64,000 nucleotides of DNA, taken from contig CAXXHG010000021.1 in assembly GCA_963666315.2 (NCBI GenBank), positions 164,869-228,868 on the forward strand, given 5' to 3'. Under the pieces are notes generated by a model. The model did no database searches. It saw nothing but the letters and a program-made list of their open reading frames with translations, and had not been told where the DNA came from. Both the position numbers and the translations under genes were made by a program. This document shows, piece by piece, positions 42,961 to 52,820 of this stretch. Each line of letters starts with the position of its first letter. The first letter of the stretch is position 1. Origin of the DNA: Candidatus Binatia bacterium. GTDB lineage: Bacteria > Desulfobacterota > Binatia > Bin18.

Positions 42961-43896
42961 TTATTGTTTAATATGAACGGCCGCAAACGGAACCGGCATC
43001 TCGGGGCTGTTGGTATCAATCAACGGCAGCAATGCGCCACCGGGCAGGGTGGCGTGACCCGCCACCCAGTCTTTCATCCATTGCGGATCCCCTTCACAGC
43101 GGGGATTGTGCCAGGGCAGGAGGCCCCGCAGGAGATAGGGGCCGACATGAAATGTCATCGACAATATCTCTCGAAGCGCGCTCATCAGGTGCCGTGGGCG
43201 GCTGAGCAATTTATCCTTTTTCAAGGCCGTAAACATGCCTACCAGAGCGAACCAAACTACGTGGAATGATCCGTGGAACATGCCGAAATCGCGTGGAAGA
43301 TATTTTCCCGAATAGGCCATGTAAGCGTCAAACGCGACTGTTTTATGTTCGGTTTCCTCCACCATATGCATGGGCCAAAACGAGGATACGTGCGGGGACG
43401 CACCACGAAAAAGGCGCGTCCCTTTGTTTATCAACCAATGGGTGAAACCATTCGTCATAGTCTCGAATCCGGCGTTATAGGCCAGCTGCGTACGCAGACT
43501 CTTTTGAGACAATCGATCATAAGATGCGGACAGCCGTTGTTCGACAGCGACAAGCTCCGGATATCCATTCGCTTTCAATAGTTCGTTTAAACGTCGATGA
43601 CATTGATAGTGGAGGCCCTCTTGTCCGTTGAACCCGCGTATGTCTTTCAATAACTCAGGCTCGCTGATGTGGGCCATCGCTTTCTTCATGGATTTCATCA
43701 AATAGGGCTCAAGATACGGCATAGTCAGAGATAGACCATTGAAGAGATGCGATCGGAACGGGTTGTCGGGGACCCAAACCGGGTCGAGATCGTCGGGGAA
43801 CTCAAACGCAAACGGCCGAATAATGATCTCATCAACGCATTTGGGTTCGTATGTATAAGTTCGCTCGCCATGTTCCCTCCTCTCTCGTCGCTCCAC
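42961..43896 (-). CDS. Predicted 'metal-dependent hydrolase' family protein with ferritin-like di-metal ligands; 5' end possibly frameshifted
   Basis: PYLE, GQEGLHYQCH, AGFE, HMVEETEHK. The best RBS+ATG (AGGAGGG, 43871) is out of frame with the body. Confidence 0.75.
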   Translation of the reverse strand: MERRERREHGERTYTYEPKCVDEIIIRPFAFEFPDDLDPVWVPDNPFRSHLFNGLSLTMPYLEPYLMKSMKKAMAHISEPELLKDIRGFNGQEGLHYQCHRRLNELLKANGYPELVAVEQRLSASYDRLSQKSLRTQLAYNAGFETMTNGFTHWLINKGTRLFRGASPHVSSFWPMHMVEETEHKTVAFDAYMAYSGKYLPRDFGMFHGSFHVVWFALVGMFTALKKDKLLSRPRHLMSALREILSMTFHVGPYLLRGLLPWHNPRCEGDPQWMKDWVAGHATLPGGALLPLIDTNSPEMPVPFAAVHIKQ

Positions 43897-44148
43897 GCTG
43901 AGACTGCCGATTACCGATCATCGATCATCCGAGCGCATCATAATGGGGCGATTTTACTCAGTCTCGGTTGCTATGTCGAGAACTGCAGGTTGTTGATCAT
44001 CGGTGCTGCGGACGCCCCAGCGGGACGTAATCCGGGTGCAAATCGTCAGTGCGGATGGACTGTGCTGCGCTTCGGTTGACGCGAAGGATCGGAGAGGCAT
44101 ACACGCAAAGGACGAACTGATCGCGAAGGAAGTACAAAGGAGGAACTC

Positions 44149-44679
44149 ATGTCGACCTGCAGACGCGTTGTGACTGGCCACCGAGCAGACGGTAAATCGA
44201 TCATTGTGAGTGATGGAGAAGTTGCGGGTATCGAGGTCCCTGGTCTGCCTGGGGCTACATTGACCACTCTGTGGGGCGCGGACGAAACGCTCACTTATCC
44301 TGACGATGGTGGGGAACCACGCCATCACGACTGGTTTCCGCCAGCCGGCGGTTTTCGCTTCGCCTCATTTGTTTTATCTCCGGACAGCACGCCACCTGCG
44401 GACACCGACCCAGAAGCAGCAGCTGCCGAAACCGAACGCCTCTTTCCAGGGTTGCTGGCGACCATGCAGCCGGATGATCCAGGGATGCATCGCTCGGCGA
44501 CAGTCGATACGTTGTATATCGTGTCTGGACGCTGCGTTCTCGAACTCGACGACGGCTCAAAAACCGAACTTGGCGCGGGCGACGTGATCGTCCAGAGTGG
44601 GACCATGCACCGCTGGCACAACCCCTGGGATGAGCCTTGCCACGTCATCGCCTTTCTAGCGGGCGCGCAAATGAAGTAG
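44149..44679 (+). CDS. Cupin domain protein
   Basis: RRVVTGH, MHRSATVD, GDVIVQSGTMHRWHN; GGAGG RBS. Confidence 0.9.
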   Translation: MSTCRRVVTGHRADGKSIIVSDGEVAGIEVPGLPGATLTTLWGADETLTYPDDGGEPRHHDWFPPAGGFRFASFVLSPDSTPPADTDPEAAAAETERLFPGLLATMQPDDPGMHRSATVDTLYIVSGRCVLELDDGSKTELGAGDVIVQSGTMHRWHNPWDEPCHVIAFLAGAQMK

Positions 44680-44825
44680 AGTAGGCACGTCCCATTGTCC
44701 CATCGATTTTGAATCGGGACCGCTGCACCAAGCGCAACTACGCTCTAGAGGGAATAGCGGACGGATGGTTGGCGAATAAGGCCGCCTGTAAACCCTCAAG
44801 CGCCCCTATGCTATTGTCCTCTTCG

Positions 44826-45262
44826 TCAGTTCAGTTCCTCTAGCAGGGCCTTCGCATCCTCGGTGAACCAATTGTAGACGGGAGCGAGTAGGTCATGGGT
44901 TTCCGTCGTCATCCGCGGCTGCTGCCACAGCCGGGCCAGGCTCGTAGCGGTGCGCAGTTCCCAGGATTTGGCTTGCTGCTTTTGAGCAATCGCAATGGCC
45001 TTGTGAAAGCACGCTTCCGCCTCTTCTTCGACCTGTGACCTTTGACTTTCGACTCTTGAAGCGTCAGCTCCCCTTGAGCCGATACAGCTCGGCTTCATAG
45101 AACCGCTCCTCGGTGCTCTCGACAAAAGCCAACGCCTCGGCCACCGTCCTGAGCCCTTCCTCCACCTGCTCGTCTTTCCCGTAGGCCTCAGCCAAGAAGG
45201 CAAGAAACAGTGACTGATAGGCCTCCGACCCCGTGGCCCGCCAGGCAGCCAGTCCCTCACGT
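44826..45262 (-). pseudogene. C-terminal TPR remnant of the cyclase-STAND-TPR family
   Basis: REGLAAWRATG...EAELYRLKG, frameshift, EAEACFHKAI...SWELRTATSLARLWQQ...WFTE. Confidence 0.85.
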
Positions 45263-45319
45263 ACGCGCAAGCACCACGCTGCTTGCGCAGTGTTCGGTCT
45301 TCCTTAATGATACCGGTCC

Positions 45320-46753
45320 ATGGCACCCAAAGACTCTTTGTCCGGCCCAGTCAAAATTGCCTACGGCTTTGGACTCTCCGCCGAAGGTATTAAGACCAAC
45401 GCGTTCAATCTCTTCCTCCTCTTTTATTATCAGCAAATTGTTGGCCTGGACCCCGGTCTGTGCGGCCTGGCCCTCTTTATTGCGCTGCTCATCGACGCCG
45501 TGACGGATCCCGCAGTTGGGGTGTGGTCAGATGGATTGCAGTCTCGGTTCGGGCGGCGGCATCCCTTTATGTATGCGTCTAGCCTACCGCTCGCGGCGTG
45601 TTTTATCGGTGTCTTTATGCCCCCTGTAGGCCTGAGCCAGACAGCGCTGTTTCTGTGGCTGCTTGGATTCGCATCTGGGACGCGCTTTGCCATGACGCTG
45701 TTTGCCATTCCGCACCAAGCGTTAGTACCGGAGCTGACCAAGGACTATGACGAACGGACGTCGCTGCAAACGCTCCGGCTGGTCTTTGCGTGGCTCTTTG
45801 GACTGGTATACGCCTTCCTAGCGTATGCGGTGTTTCTGCCTGCGACAGAGCAGTATCCACAGGGGCTGCTGAACCCCGACGGCTACGTCAGCTTTGCCAT
45901 CTGGGGCGCGATTATTATGGTCGTGACGACCCTTTTATCCTCACTTGGGACACAGCGCGCTGCGCTCCGGACACAGGTCGATGAGAGCCGCGTGCAGCAG
46001 GTCCGTCTCAGTAAACTCCCACAGGATATCAAAGCGGCACTGCAAAGTCCTTCGTATCGGGCGGCTGTGTTGGGCGGCTTGTGTTTGTGGGTCTCCTTTG
46101 GGGTGACCCAAACCCTGAATAATTACTTGTTTACGTTCCTGTGGGGCTTTACGTCAGAGCAGCTCACGATTTTTATCTTTGTCATCATGGCTAGCTCTAT
46201 GCTTGCCCTGGCCATTACCCGGCCGCTGGCGCAACGTCTTGGGAAAAAGCACCTCACCATCATAACAGCCGTGGTTGCCCCGCTCATCTTGTCCACGCTC
46301 ATTTTTGTCCGGCTCGCCAGCCTATTGCCGGGTACTGGTGCGCCTATTCTGATGTGGGTCGTCGGGGCTGCGTCATTTGTGAGCTACACCGCTATGATCA
46401 TCTCTATGATCATGGTCGGGTCGATGATAGCCGACGTTACCGACGAACATGAGCTACGGACGGGAGCCCGCCAGGAGGGACTGTTGTTCTCGGCTAATGC
46501 CCTCATTGCTAAAGCGTCGTCCGGGCTCGGGGTGCTGGTCTCGGGGTTCGTGATTAAACTGGCCGCGTTTCCAGCCAATGCGACGACTGGCAGCGTTGAG
46601 CCCCAGGTGGTCCATAACCTGGGACTGTTTACCGCACTGATTACGCTGCTCTTCGGAGTGGGTATGGTGCTGGGATTTCTCCCCCACCGGCTCACTCGTG
46701 AACGCCATGACGCGATTATCGAGGAGCTGCAGCGGGTCCGGGAATCCGCGTGA
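45320..46753 (+). CDS. GPH/MelB-family MFS transporter
   Basis: KIAYG, DAVTDP, SRFGRRHPF, ELTKDYDERT, MIADVTD, RQEG. Confidence 0.9.
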   Translation: MAPKDSLSGPVKIAYGFGLSAEGIKTNAFNLFLLFYYQQIVGLDPGLCGLALFIALLIDAVTDPAVGVWSDGLQSRFGRRHPFMYASSLPLAACFIGVFMPPVGLSQTALFLWLLGFASGTRFAMTLFAIPHQALVPELTKDYDERTSLQTLRLVFAWLFGLVYAFLAYAVFLPATEQYPQGLLNPDGYVSFAIWGAIIMVVTTLLSSLGTQRAALRTQVDESRVQQVRLSKLPQDIKAALQSPSYRAAVLGGLCLWVSFGVTQTLNNYLFTFLWGFTSEQLTIFIFVIMASSMLALAITRPLAQRLGKKHLTIITAVVAPLILSTLIFVRLASLLPGTGAPILMWVVGAASFVSYTAMIISMIMVGSMIADVTDEHELRTGARQEGLLFSANALIAKASSGLGVLVSGFVIKLAAFPANATTGSVEPQVVHNLGLFTALITLLFGVGMVLGFLPHRLTRERHDAIIEELQRVRESA

Positions 46754-46947
46754 GTGGGCAGCGGCGTCGACGGAGAACGGATTCAAGGCGGTCGGTCTGA
46801 CTGGAAAGACTCGGCACAGCGCAATTTGCTGTGGGATACTGCACAGGAGCTGGACCAAGTTGAGGCACCCACTGTTAAGCACGACGCGAGACGGTCGCCT
46901 CCCGAGCGCGGGAGATTGGACAGCAGAGGTGTGGACCCTGCATGCGG

Positions 46948-48261
46948 CTACGCATTCTTAGCCTGGAGATCCGCCTGAAGCGTTCGAGCGGCCAGGGCGA
47001 AGTGAACGGCCGCCCAGACCGTCATGAGAATGGACAGGACCAGGGAATAGCGGATCGCCTCGTCCCCGAGCGAGGACGCAAGCAGATCATTCACGATCCC
47101 GACCGCCTGCGGGCCAAATCCGAGGCCGATCAGGTTAATGATGGAGAACAGGATGGCGGACGCGACGGCTCGCATGCGGAGCTTTACCAGGGCCTGGGTT
47201 GTCGCGAGGATAGCGGCGAGCCACATGGCACTGAGCACCGCGGCGGGGATATAGGCTATCAGGGCGAGCCCCAGCGAGTCGAACAGCAGGAACGGCAGGA
47301 CAAACGGGACCAAGCTGATCGACGTCAGCGCCGAGAGCCAGAGATACCAGCGCTTGTCCCGCAGGCTGAGGCGATCGGCCAGAAGGCCGCCGAGCACCGC
47401 ACCCACCGCGCCGCCCAGGCCGATAATGAGCCCGAGATAGGTTCCCGCCTCAGCTGCGCTGAGAGCGTGGACTCGACGCAGGAAGGTCGGTGCCCAAGTG
47501 GCTAAGCCATAGCCTGAGAAGGCGTGCAACCCTGAGGCCAGCGCCAGGTGCCGGAAGGAGCGCAGCGACCACAGGAAGCGGAACACCTCCCTGGTGGGTT
47601 CGGGCGGCTCGTCGACCGTCACGCCCTCGGAGATACCGCGCTGCGGCTCGCGGATCGTCCAGCGCACGAGCACGGCCAGCGCCAGTCCGGGCAGGCCGAC
47701 CACGATGAATGCCCAGCGCCAGCCGAAGTATTCGTTGAGCCAGCCACCGGCTACCAAGCCAAACAGGATCCCGATATTGATCCCCATGTTGTAGACCGAC
47801 AGCGCGGTGGCGCGCCGCTGTGGGGGGAAGTAGTCGGCAATTAGCGAGTGGGCCGGCGGGCTGCAAGCAGCCTCCCCCACCCCCACGCCTACGCGGGCGA
47901 TCGCCAGTTGGATAAAGTTTTGCACGAGTCCTGAGACAGCGGTCATCGCGCTCCAGACAACGAGACCGAGCGCAATCACTGAGCGACGCACGCCCAGATC
48001 AGCCCAGCGGGCGATCGGGATTCCGGCGACGGTGTAGAAGAGGGCGAAGGCCATCCCGGTGAGAAAGCCCATCGCAGTGTCTGAGACGCCGAGCTCCGCC
48101 TTGATATCTTCCAGGAGGATGGCGAGGATCTGGCGATCGACGAAGTTGAAGACGTAGACGAGGAAGAGCACCCCGAGGACGTAGTTCGCATAACCGCAGC
48201 TGGCAGGCTGGGCGGCCACCTTGGTCTCGCTCAGTTCGGAGGTGCCGGCCTCGCGGCTCAT
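46948..48261 (-). CDS. Spinster-family MFS transporter
   Basis: NFVDRQIL, GVGEAACSPPAHSLIADYFP, WRWAF. Confidence 0.9.
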   Translation of the reverse strand: MSREAGTSELSETKVAAQPASCGYANYVLGVLFLVYVFNFVDRQILAILLEDIKAELGVSDTAMGFLTGMAFALFYTVAGIPIARWADLGVRRSVIALGLVVWSAMTAVSGLVQNFIQLAIARVGVGVGEAACSPPAHSLIADYFPPQRRATALSVYNMGINIGILFGLVAGGWLNEYFGWRWAFIVVGLPGLALAVLVRWTIREPQRGISEGVTVDEPPEPTREVFRFLWSLRSFRHLALASGLHAFSGYGLATWAPTFLRRVHALSAAEAGTYLGLIIGLGGAVGAVLGGLLADRLSLRDKRWYLWLSALTSISLVPFVLPFLLFDSLGLALIAYIPAAVLSAMWLAAILATTQALVKLRMRAVASAILFSIINLIGLGFGPQAVGIVNDLLASSLGDEAIRYSLVLSILMTVWAAVHFALAARTLQADLQAKNA

Positions 48262-48354
48262 CCCTTTGCCCCGATGACAATCCTCATCCTAGAATCTTGA
48301 ATCCCCTATCTAACTGCCTATGCCTTGTGGGCGTTAAGCCGTCCAGAACGTGTG

Positions 48355-49482
48355 TTATTTCTGGGGGCAGATCAAGTATTTTTCGCCAGTCGCCTTTCTG
48401 CCGAAAGCGGCAATCGAATCAAGACCCAAGACCTCACTGAGAGAGACCTCGTTCGAATACACGCTGGCGAACGTCGTGGTGATCTCGGCAGCAACTTTTT
48501 CACGAAGTTTTTGCCCGGCTTCAAGACCAATCTTCGCCATGAACGCGGGCATCAGCCATCCGCCGATCCCCCAGGCCAGGCCAAAAGCCCGATCGATTTG
48601 TGTGGGCGCGCGATCCAGGCCACCATAGATGTAGACCTGCTTGTGGGTCGTCGATCCATACGGTCCGACCGCACTGCCGGAACGAGCCTGTGCGGTCTCC
48701 ATCGCAGCTATGATCTGACCCGCAAGGGTGCCGCCACCAATCGCGTCGAATGCGAGCGTCGCGTTCGTTGCCATGAGTGCCTCAATCAGCTCATCCATGA
48801 AAGAAGCTCGGCGCGAATCGCACACATACCCGGCGCCGAGAGATTTCAGCAAATCGACGTGTTGGTGACGCCGTACGATATTGACCAGGTCGACGCCCTC
48901 ATTGATGCATAGTTTGCTGAGCATCTGTCCGAGGTTGGATGCGGCAGCGGTGTGCACGAGCGCCGTATGCCCTTCCATGCGCATGGTTTCCACCATACCC
49001 AGTACGGTCAGCGGGTTAACGAAACAGGACGCCGCCTCGACCGGCGTCGTGCCGTCCGGCATGACCAGGCATTGCTTGGCCTTCGCGATCCGGTACTCGG
49101 CATACATCGCACCACCCATGAGCGCGACGGTCTTGCCTGTCAAAGCCAGGGCCGCTGCCGTTGTGCCAGCCTTTTCTACGATTCCGGCTCCCTCAATGCC
49201 AAGCGTCACAGGCTTACCCACTCTGGCTGCCGCCGCCTGCCTCAGGTTCGCCGGCACCGTGGCGATCACTATCGGATTGTCCGGGCTACCGGCCGCCTGT
49301 GCCGTCGCCATATCGGCAGGGCCGAACATAGCACCCAGATCAGACGGGTTGATGGGAGATGCCTCCACCCGAATGAGTACCTCGTCGTCTGTCGGTTCCG
49401 GCCTGTCCACGGTCGCAATCGATAGTTCGAGTTGACCCTCATTGGTGAGCGTCGATACCAGTTGCCGCATTGTCCCACTCAT
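48355..49482 (-). CDS. MDR-family (enoyl/quinone reductase-like) oxidoreductase
   Basis: EASPINPSDLG, GIEGAG, VNPLT, HTAAASNLG, FDAIGGG. Confidence 0.88.
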   Translation of the reverse strand: MSGTMRQLVSTLTNEGQLELSIATVDRPEPTDDEVLIRVEASPINPSDLGAMFGPADMATAQAAGSPDNPIVIATVPANLRQAAAARVGKPVTLGIEGAGIVEKAGTTAAALALTGKTVALMGGAMYAEYRIAKAKQCLVMPDGTTPVEAASCFVNPLTVLGMVETMRMEGHTALVHTAAASNLGQMLSKLCINEGVDLVNIVRRHQHVDLLKSLGAGYVCDSRRASFMDELIEALMATNATLAFDAIGGGTLAGQIIAAMETAQARSGSAVGPYGSTTHKQVYIYGGLDRAPTQIDRAFGLAWGIGGWLMPAFMAKIGLEAGQKLREKVAAEITTTFASVYSNEVSLSEVLGLDSIAAFGRKATGEKYLICPQK

Positions 49483-49633
49483 AATCGTCTCCTAAATTTC
49501 GCCTGGTCGGGCGGTTCTCCCAATAGCTGACATTGAAATCTATGACCGGTGTTCAGTTATTTGATTGATCCTTACCCTTTATCTCAGAGGATGCATTACG
49601 GGACATCGGCTACTCCAATGCGTATCCCGGCGC

Positions 49634-51013
49634 CTAGGCGTCGACCTCCGCCAACCACCGCTGTAGTTTTGCTACGGCAGCCACCGCCACGCGTTGCGCA
49701 AGTTCCTCGTCCACTTCACCTCCCGCATCCGGCGCGTTGAGAAAATCTAAGCGCGAATGCCTCAGCCAGGCTTGCAGCTCCGCATCTTGCGCCCAGCGCC
49801 CTGCATTCAAGAGATTCCCAAGGACCGTCCGCAGGTAGTCGAGAGGGGTATCGGGATGCGGCACCGGCGTGCACAGCTCATTCTTCAACGCTTCCCCGTC
49901 GTACGCCGATTCGATGTGACCAATGAATGCCGCACTAAAGACCTGTTGGCACATCCGAAGCGATTGGAGGGTAATGTCACGCCCAGCAAATACGGGTGTC
50001 GCGGGTCGTTTCTCCAATCCATCGGCCGTGCAATCGATATGGAGTGTGGTAGGGCTGGTCGGAGCCGTCCCTTGATCCAGCACAATGCTATGCGCTTCGA
50101 TACGTTGGACATGCCCGCTGCGGATTATGGTGTTGATCTTGCGCAGCTGCACAAGTTCGGCTTGGGTCACCGTCGCACAGCGCCACATCGTGGGTCGCAC
50201 GGTCTCGTCCAAGCGCAATAACAATCCGCGTGCGCTCAGATTCGCGAAGAACTCGTCGACGGACTCTGACTCGGCGATCGCGTCAAACGTCTCGCCCCCC
50301 CAGCGGCCTAGGGTCCGCGCAAACATCTGCCCGCCCTGAATGTCCGCACGATCGAACAGCCATGCATGGCGCGGCATGACCCAAGCGATCTGGGCTGGAA
50401 CAACGCTGTTTCTCAACAAAAACAGACACGCATCCATACCCGTTTTGCCGGCCCCGACGACGACATAGCGGTCCCATTGACCAGCCAGCCGAGGTAACGC
50501 ATTCAGCGGAACGCACGTCGCCCCCTCGGCGACCTCGTACGGAGGCGGCCGCATAGACGGCACGGTCACATGCATATAGGTGGCATCAACGATCTTTGTC
50601 GCCACTACGTCATACTCCGCATCCGACACCAGCGAGACAAAGTGTTGGTCGCCCCGGTACTCGCACATCGGGAAATATTGCACGCGTCCCGAAGGCAGAA
50701 ACTGTTGCTGCATTACTTGATCGAAGTAGGCGCACACTTCCCCATTGGTCGCCAGTTCATACAACCCCTTATTCCATCCCGTCGCATCAATGGTGTCGCT
50801 GCCGAGCGTCTTTGAATTGACGCCATAGAAGGAAGACGGTTGATGCAGGCGCACGAACGGATAGGCGTCGTTCCAATGCCCGCCGGGTTGATGGTGGCGA
50901 TCCAGCAGGATCACGGTCGCATCGGTCTCGGTCATGAGCACATCGGTGAACGCCATCCCCATAGCGCCGCCCCCGATGACCAAATAATCCGCTTCCAGTT
51001 TTTTGTCGCTCAT
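49634..51013 (-). CDS. FAD/NAD(P)-dependent oxidoreductase (flavin monooxygenase-like)
   Basis: VIGGGAMG, GGHWNDAYPFVRLHQP, second Rossmann motif VVGAGKTGMD. Confidence 0.85.
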   Translation of the reverse strand: MSDKKLEADYLVIGGGAMGMAFTDVLMTETDATVILLDRHHQPGGHWNDAYPFVRLHQPSSFYGVNSKTLGSDTIDATGWNKGLYELATNGEVCAYFDQVMQQQFLPSGRVQYFPMCEYRGDQHFVSLVSDAEYDVVATKIVDATYMHVTVPSMRPPPYEVAEGATCVPLNALPRLAGQWDRYVVVGAGKTGMDACLFLLRNSVVPAQIAWVMPRHAWLFDRADIQGGQMFARTLGRWGGETFDAIAESESVDEFFANLSARGLLLRLDETVRPTMWRCATVTQAELVQLRKINTIIRSGHVQRIEAHSIVLDQGTAPTSPTTLHIDCTADGLEKRPATPVFAGRDITLQSLRMCQQVFSAAFIGHIESAYDGEALKNELCTPVPHPDTPLDYLRTVLGNLLNAGRWAQDAELQAWLRHSRLDFLNAPDAGGEVDEELAQRVAVAAVAKLQRWLAEVDA

Positions 51014-51084
51014 TCTCGAACTCCTCCATCACGGACGATTTTTAAGACCGGTCATCCCTCCATACGGACGTCCGATGCCGCAAT

Positions 51085-52182
51085 CTACAGCGAACAGGCG
51101 AAGCCGGTGATGTCGCGAATCGTAGCCGCATACACTTCCGGGAGAGCCTTGCGGAACATGACATCGCCCGCATGGCTCGTGCCGTTAACGGTCCGGCTGT
51201 ACACGCTCACACCGGCTGCCATGAGCATGTGAAAGTACTTGAGCCCCTCGTCTCGTAAGGGATCCAACTCGTTGACGGAGATCACATGTGGGGGCAGACC
51301 TTGCAAGTCATCGTTGCTGGCCCAGTAGGGCCAACACAGCGGGTTGGTGTCGTTCTTGTGCTCCGGGTCATAGACCGAGGCGATCACGGCGGACGCGCCG
51401 CAGTTGAGCAGGTAGTTATCGTTTTCGTACAGGGAGGGCAGCTCTGTGAGCTTCTTCTCCCAGGCATTCGAGATGAAGGGACACAGGGCATACACCCCGT
51501 CAATCTGCTTCAGTTTGTCGTCTTGCTTGGCCTTTAATGCGGTCGCCAGGGTGAGGTTGCCGCCCCCGGACTCACCAGAGACGATAATGCTGGACACCCC
51601 GAGCGTTGCCTTCTGGTCGTATGTCCTCTGGAGCCCGGTCATGCAATCATTGAGGCCGGCCGGGAACGGGTGGTTGCCAAGCTTGCCCCCGCCGTTGCGG
51701 AACTCTACCCCCACCACCACCATACCCTGGGCACACAGCTCGTCGCGCCAGCGTCTATACGCGGTACCTGCCGCCTCCAGTAAGACCATGCCGCCCCCGT
51801 GAATATGATACACACACGGGACCGCAGCCGTAGCGTTCGTGGGCGTGTGGATGTACAAGTTGATGGGATTCTCATCCACGCCGAGGATGACCTCGGTCCG
51901 CCGCTCCACATTTTCAATCGGTGGAAGGTCTGTGAACAACGCGTCGAACAGACCTTCAAAGCCGCGCTCGGCGGCTGCGATGTGGACGAGCCGTTCCTCC
52001 AAGGGCGAGTCGGCCTGCACCGATATGGGAGCGGGGGCCTCATCTAAGCGAAACGGAGCCAGGGCCGTGAGAATACGCGGGTCGGTCCGCGGGTCGGTCC
52101 GCAAGACCTTCTGGGGGTCGGCAAGGCGGCCCGGCAGCAGGGGTTGCTCGTGGTCGGAGTTGCTTGGTCTGGACGCTGTCAT
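51085..52182 (-). CDS. HSL-family esterase/lipase
   Basis: HGGG oxyanion motif, GESGG, NELDPLRDEG, GTSHAGD. Confidence 0.92.
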   Translation of the reverse strand: MTASRPSNSDHEQPLLPGRLADPQKVLRTDPRTDPRILTALAPFRLDEAPAPISVQADSPLEERLVHIAAAERGFEGLFDALFTDLPPIENVERRTEVILGVDENPINLYIHTPTNATAAVPCVYHIHGGGMVLLEAAGTAYRRWRDELCAQGMVVVGVEFRNGGGKLGNHPFPAGLNDCMTGLQRTYDQKATLGVSSIIVSGESGGGNLTLATALKAKQDDKLKQIDGVYALCPFISNAWEKKLTELPSLYENDNYLLNCGASAVIASVYDPEHKNDTNPLCWPYWASNDDLQGLPPHVISVNELDPLRDEGLKYFHMLMAAGVSVYSRTVNGTSHAGDVMFRKALPEVYAATIRDITGFACSL

Positions 52183-52338
52183 GGTGTCTCCTTTCGTCTG
52201 GTTCCTAATGAGGGTGACATGCCTGCATACCTCGTGTCATGGAATACGGGGACGTGTCACCACCAGTTGTGTCGTGAAATTAGTGTCAAGTCATCGGGAC
52301 GCTTGTGCAGCAGCCGCTCCATATGTCGTAAAGAAGGC

Positions 52339-52425
52339 ATGCTCTCGCGTACCATAAGTCGATATAGAAATCAGCGTTTCCCGCACGAAATCACTGCCCA
52401 TGCTGTGTGGCCCTACCATCGCTTC
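52339..52425 (+). mobile_element. IS6-family transposase N-terminal remnant
   Basis: YRNQRFPHEITAHAVWPYHRF matches the IS6-type start Y-x-x-HRFP-x-EII-x-HAVWLY-x-RF. Confidence 0.65.
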
Positions 52426-52489
52426 GAAACTATACATGCCGGAGCTAGGTCGATACTAGCGGTGAAATTTCGACCCGGTTTGGGGCAGG

Positions 52490-52749
52490 CCTCCGCAGAC
52501 TACCCCAACGATGACAAGATCATTACTGCCCTGTCCAAGGAGACCTTCGAGTTCCAACGTGAGCAGGGATCGGCTTGGGTCGGCACGCCGGATGTCATAG
52601 TCCGGCAGATCACAGACTATCATCAGCGTGTCGGCGGGTTTGAGATTGCCTCGATGCAGGTGAATTTCAATGTGCTGAAGCGGGAAGACGCCGAAGCATC
52701 TCTGCGTTTGTTTGGTGCGCAGGCGCTGCCCCAATTCAGCAGCCAGTAG
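52490..52749 (+). pseudogene. C-terminal remnant of an LLM oxidoreductase, in frame with the IS6 stub
   Basis: AWVGTPDVIVRQI...SMQVNF...SLRLFGAQALPQF. Confidence 0.65.
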
Positions 52750-52820
52750 ACTACCCAAACACGACTTACAATGATGATTTGTCCGATGAACTTTTCGTGA
52801 CTTGTCGTTGGCTTTTCATC

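Noticed and set aside
45064-45066. TGA after LYRLKGS as a possible read-through
   Set aside because: It arises from a one-base loss in a G-run relative to the paralogs (GGG GAG CTG).
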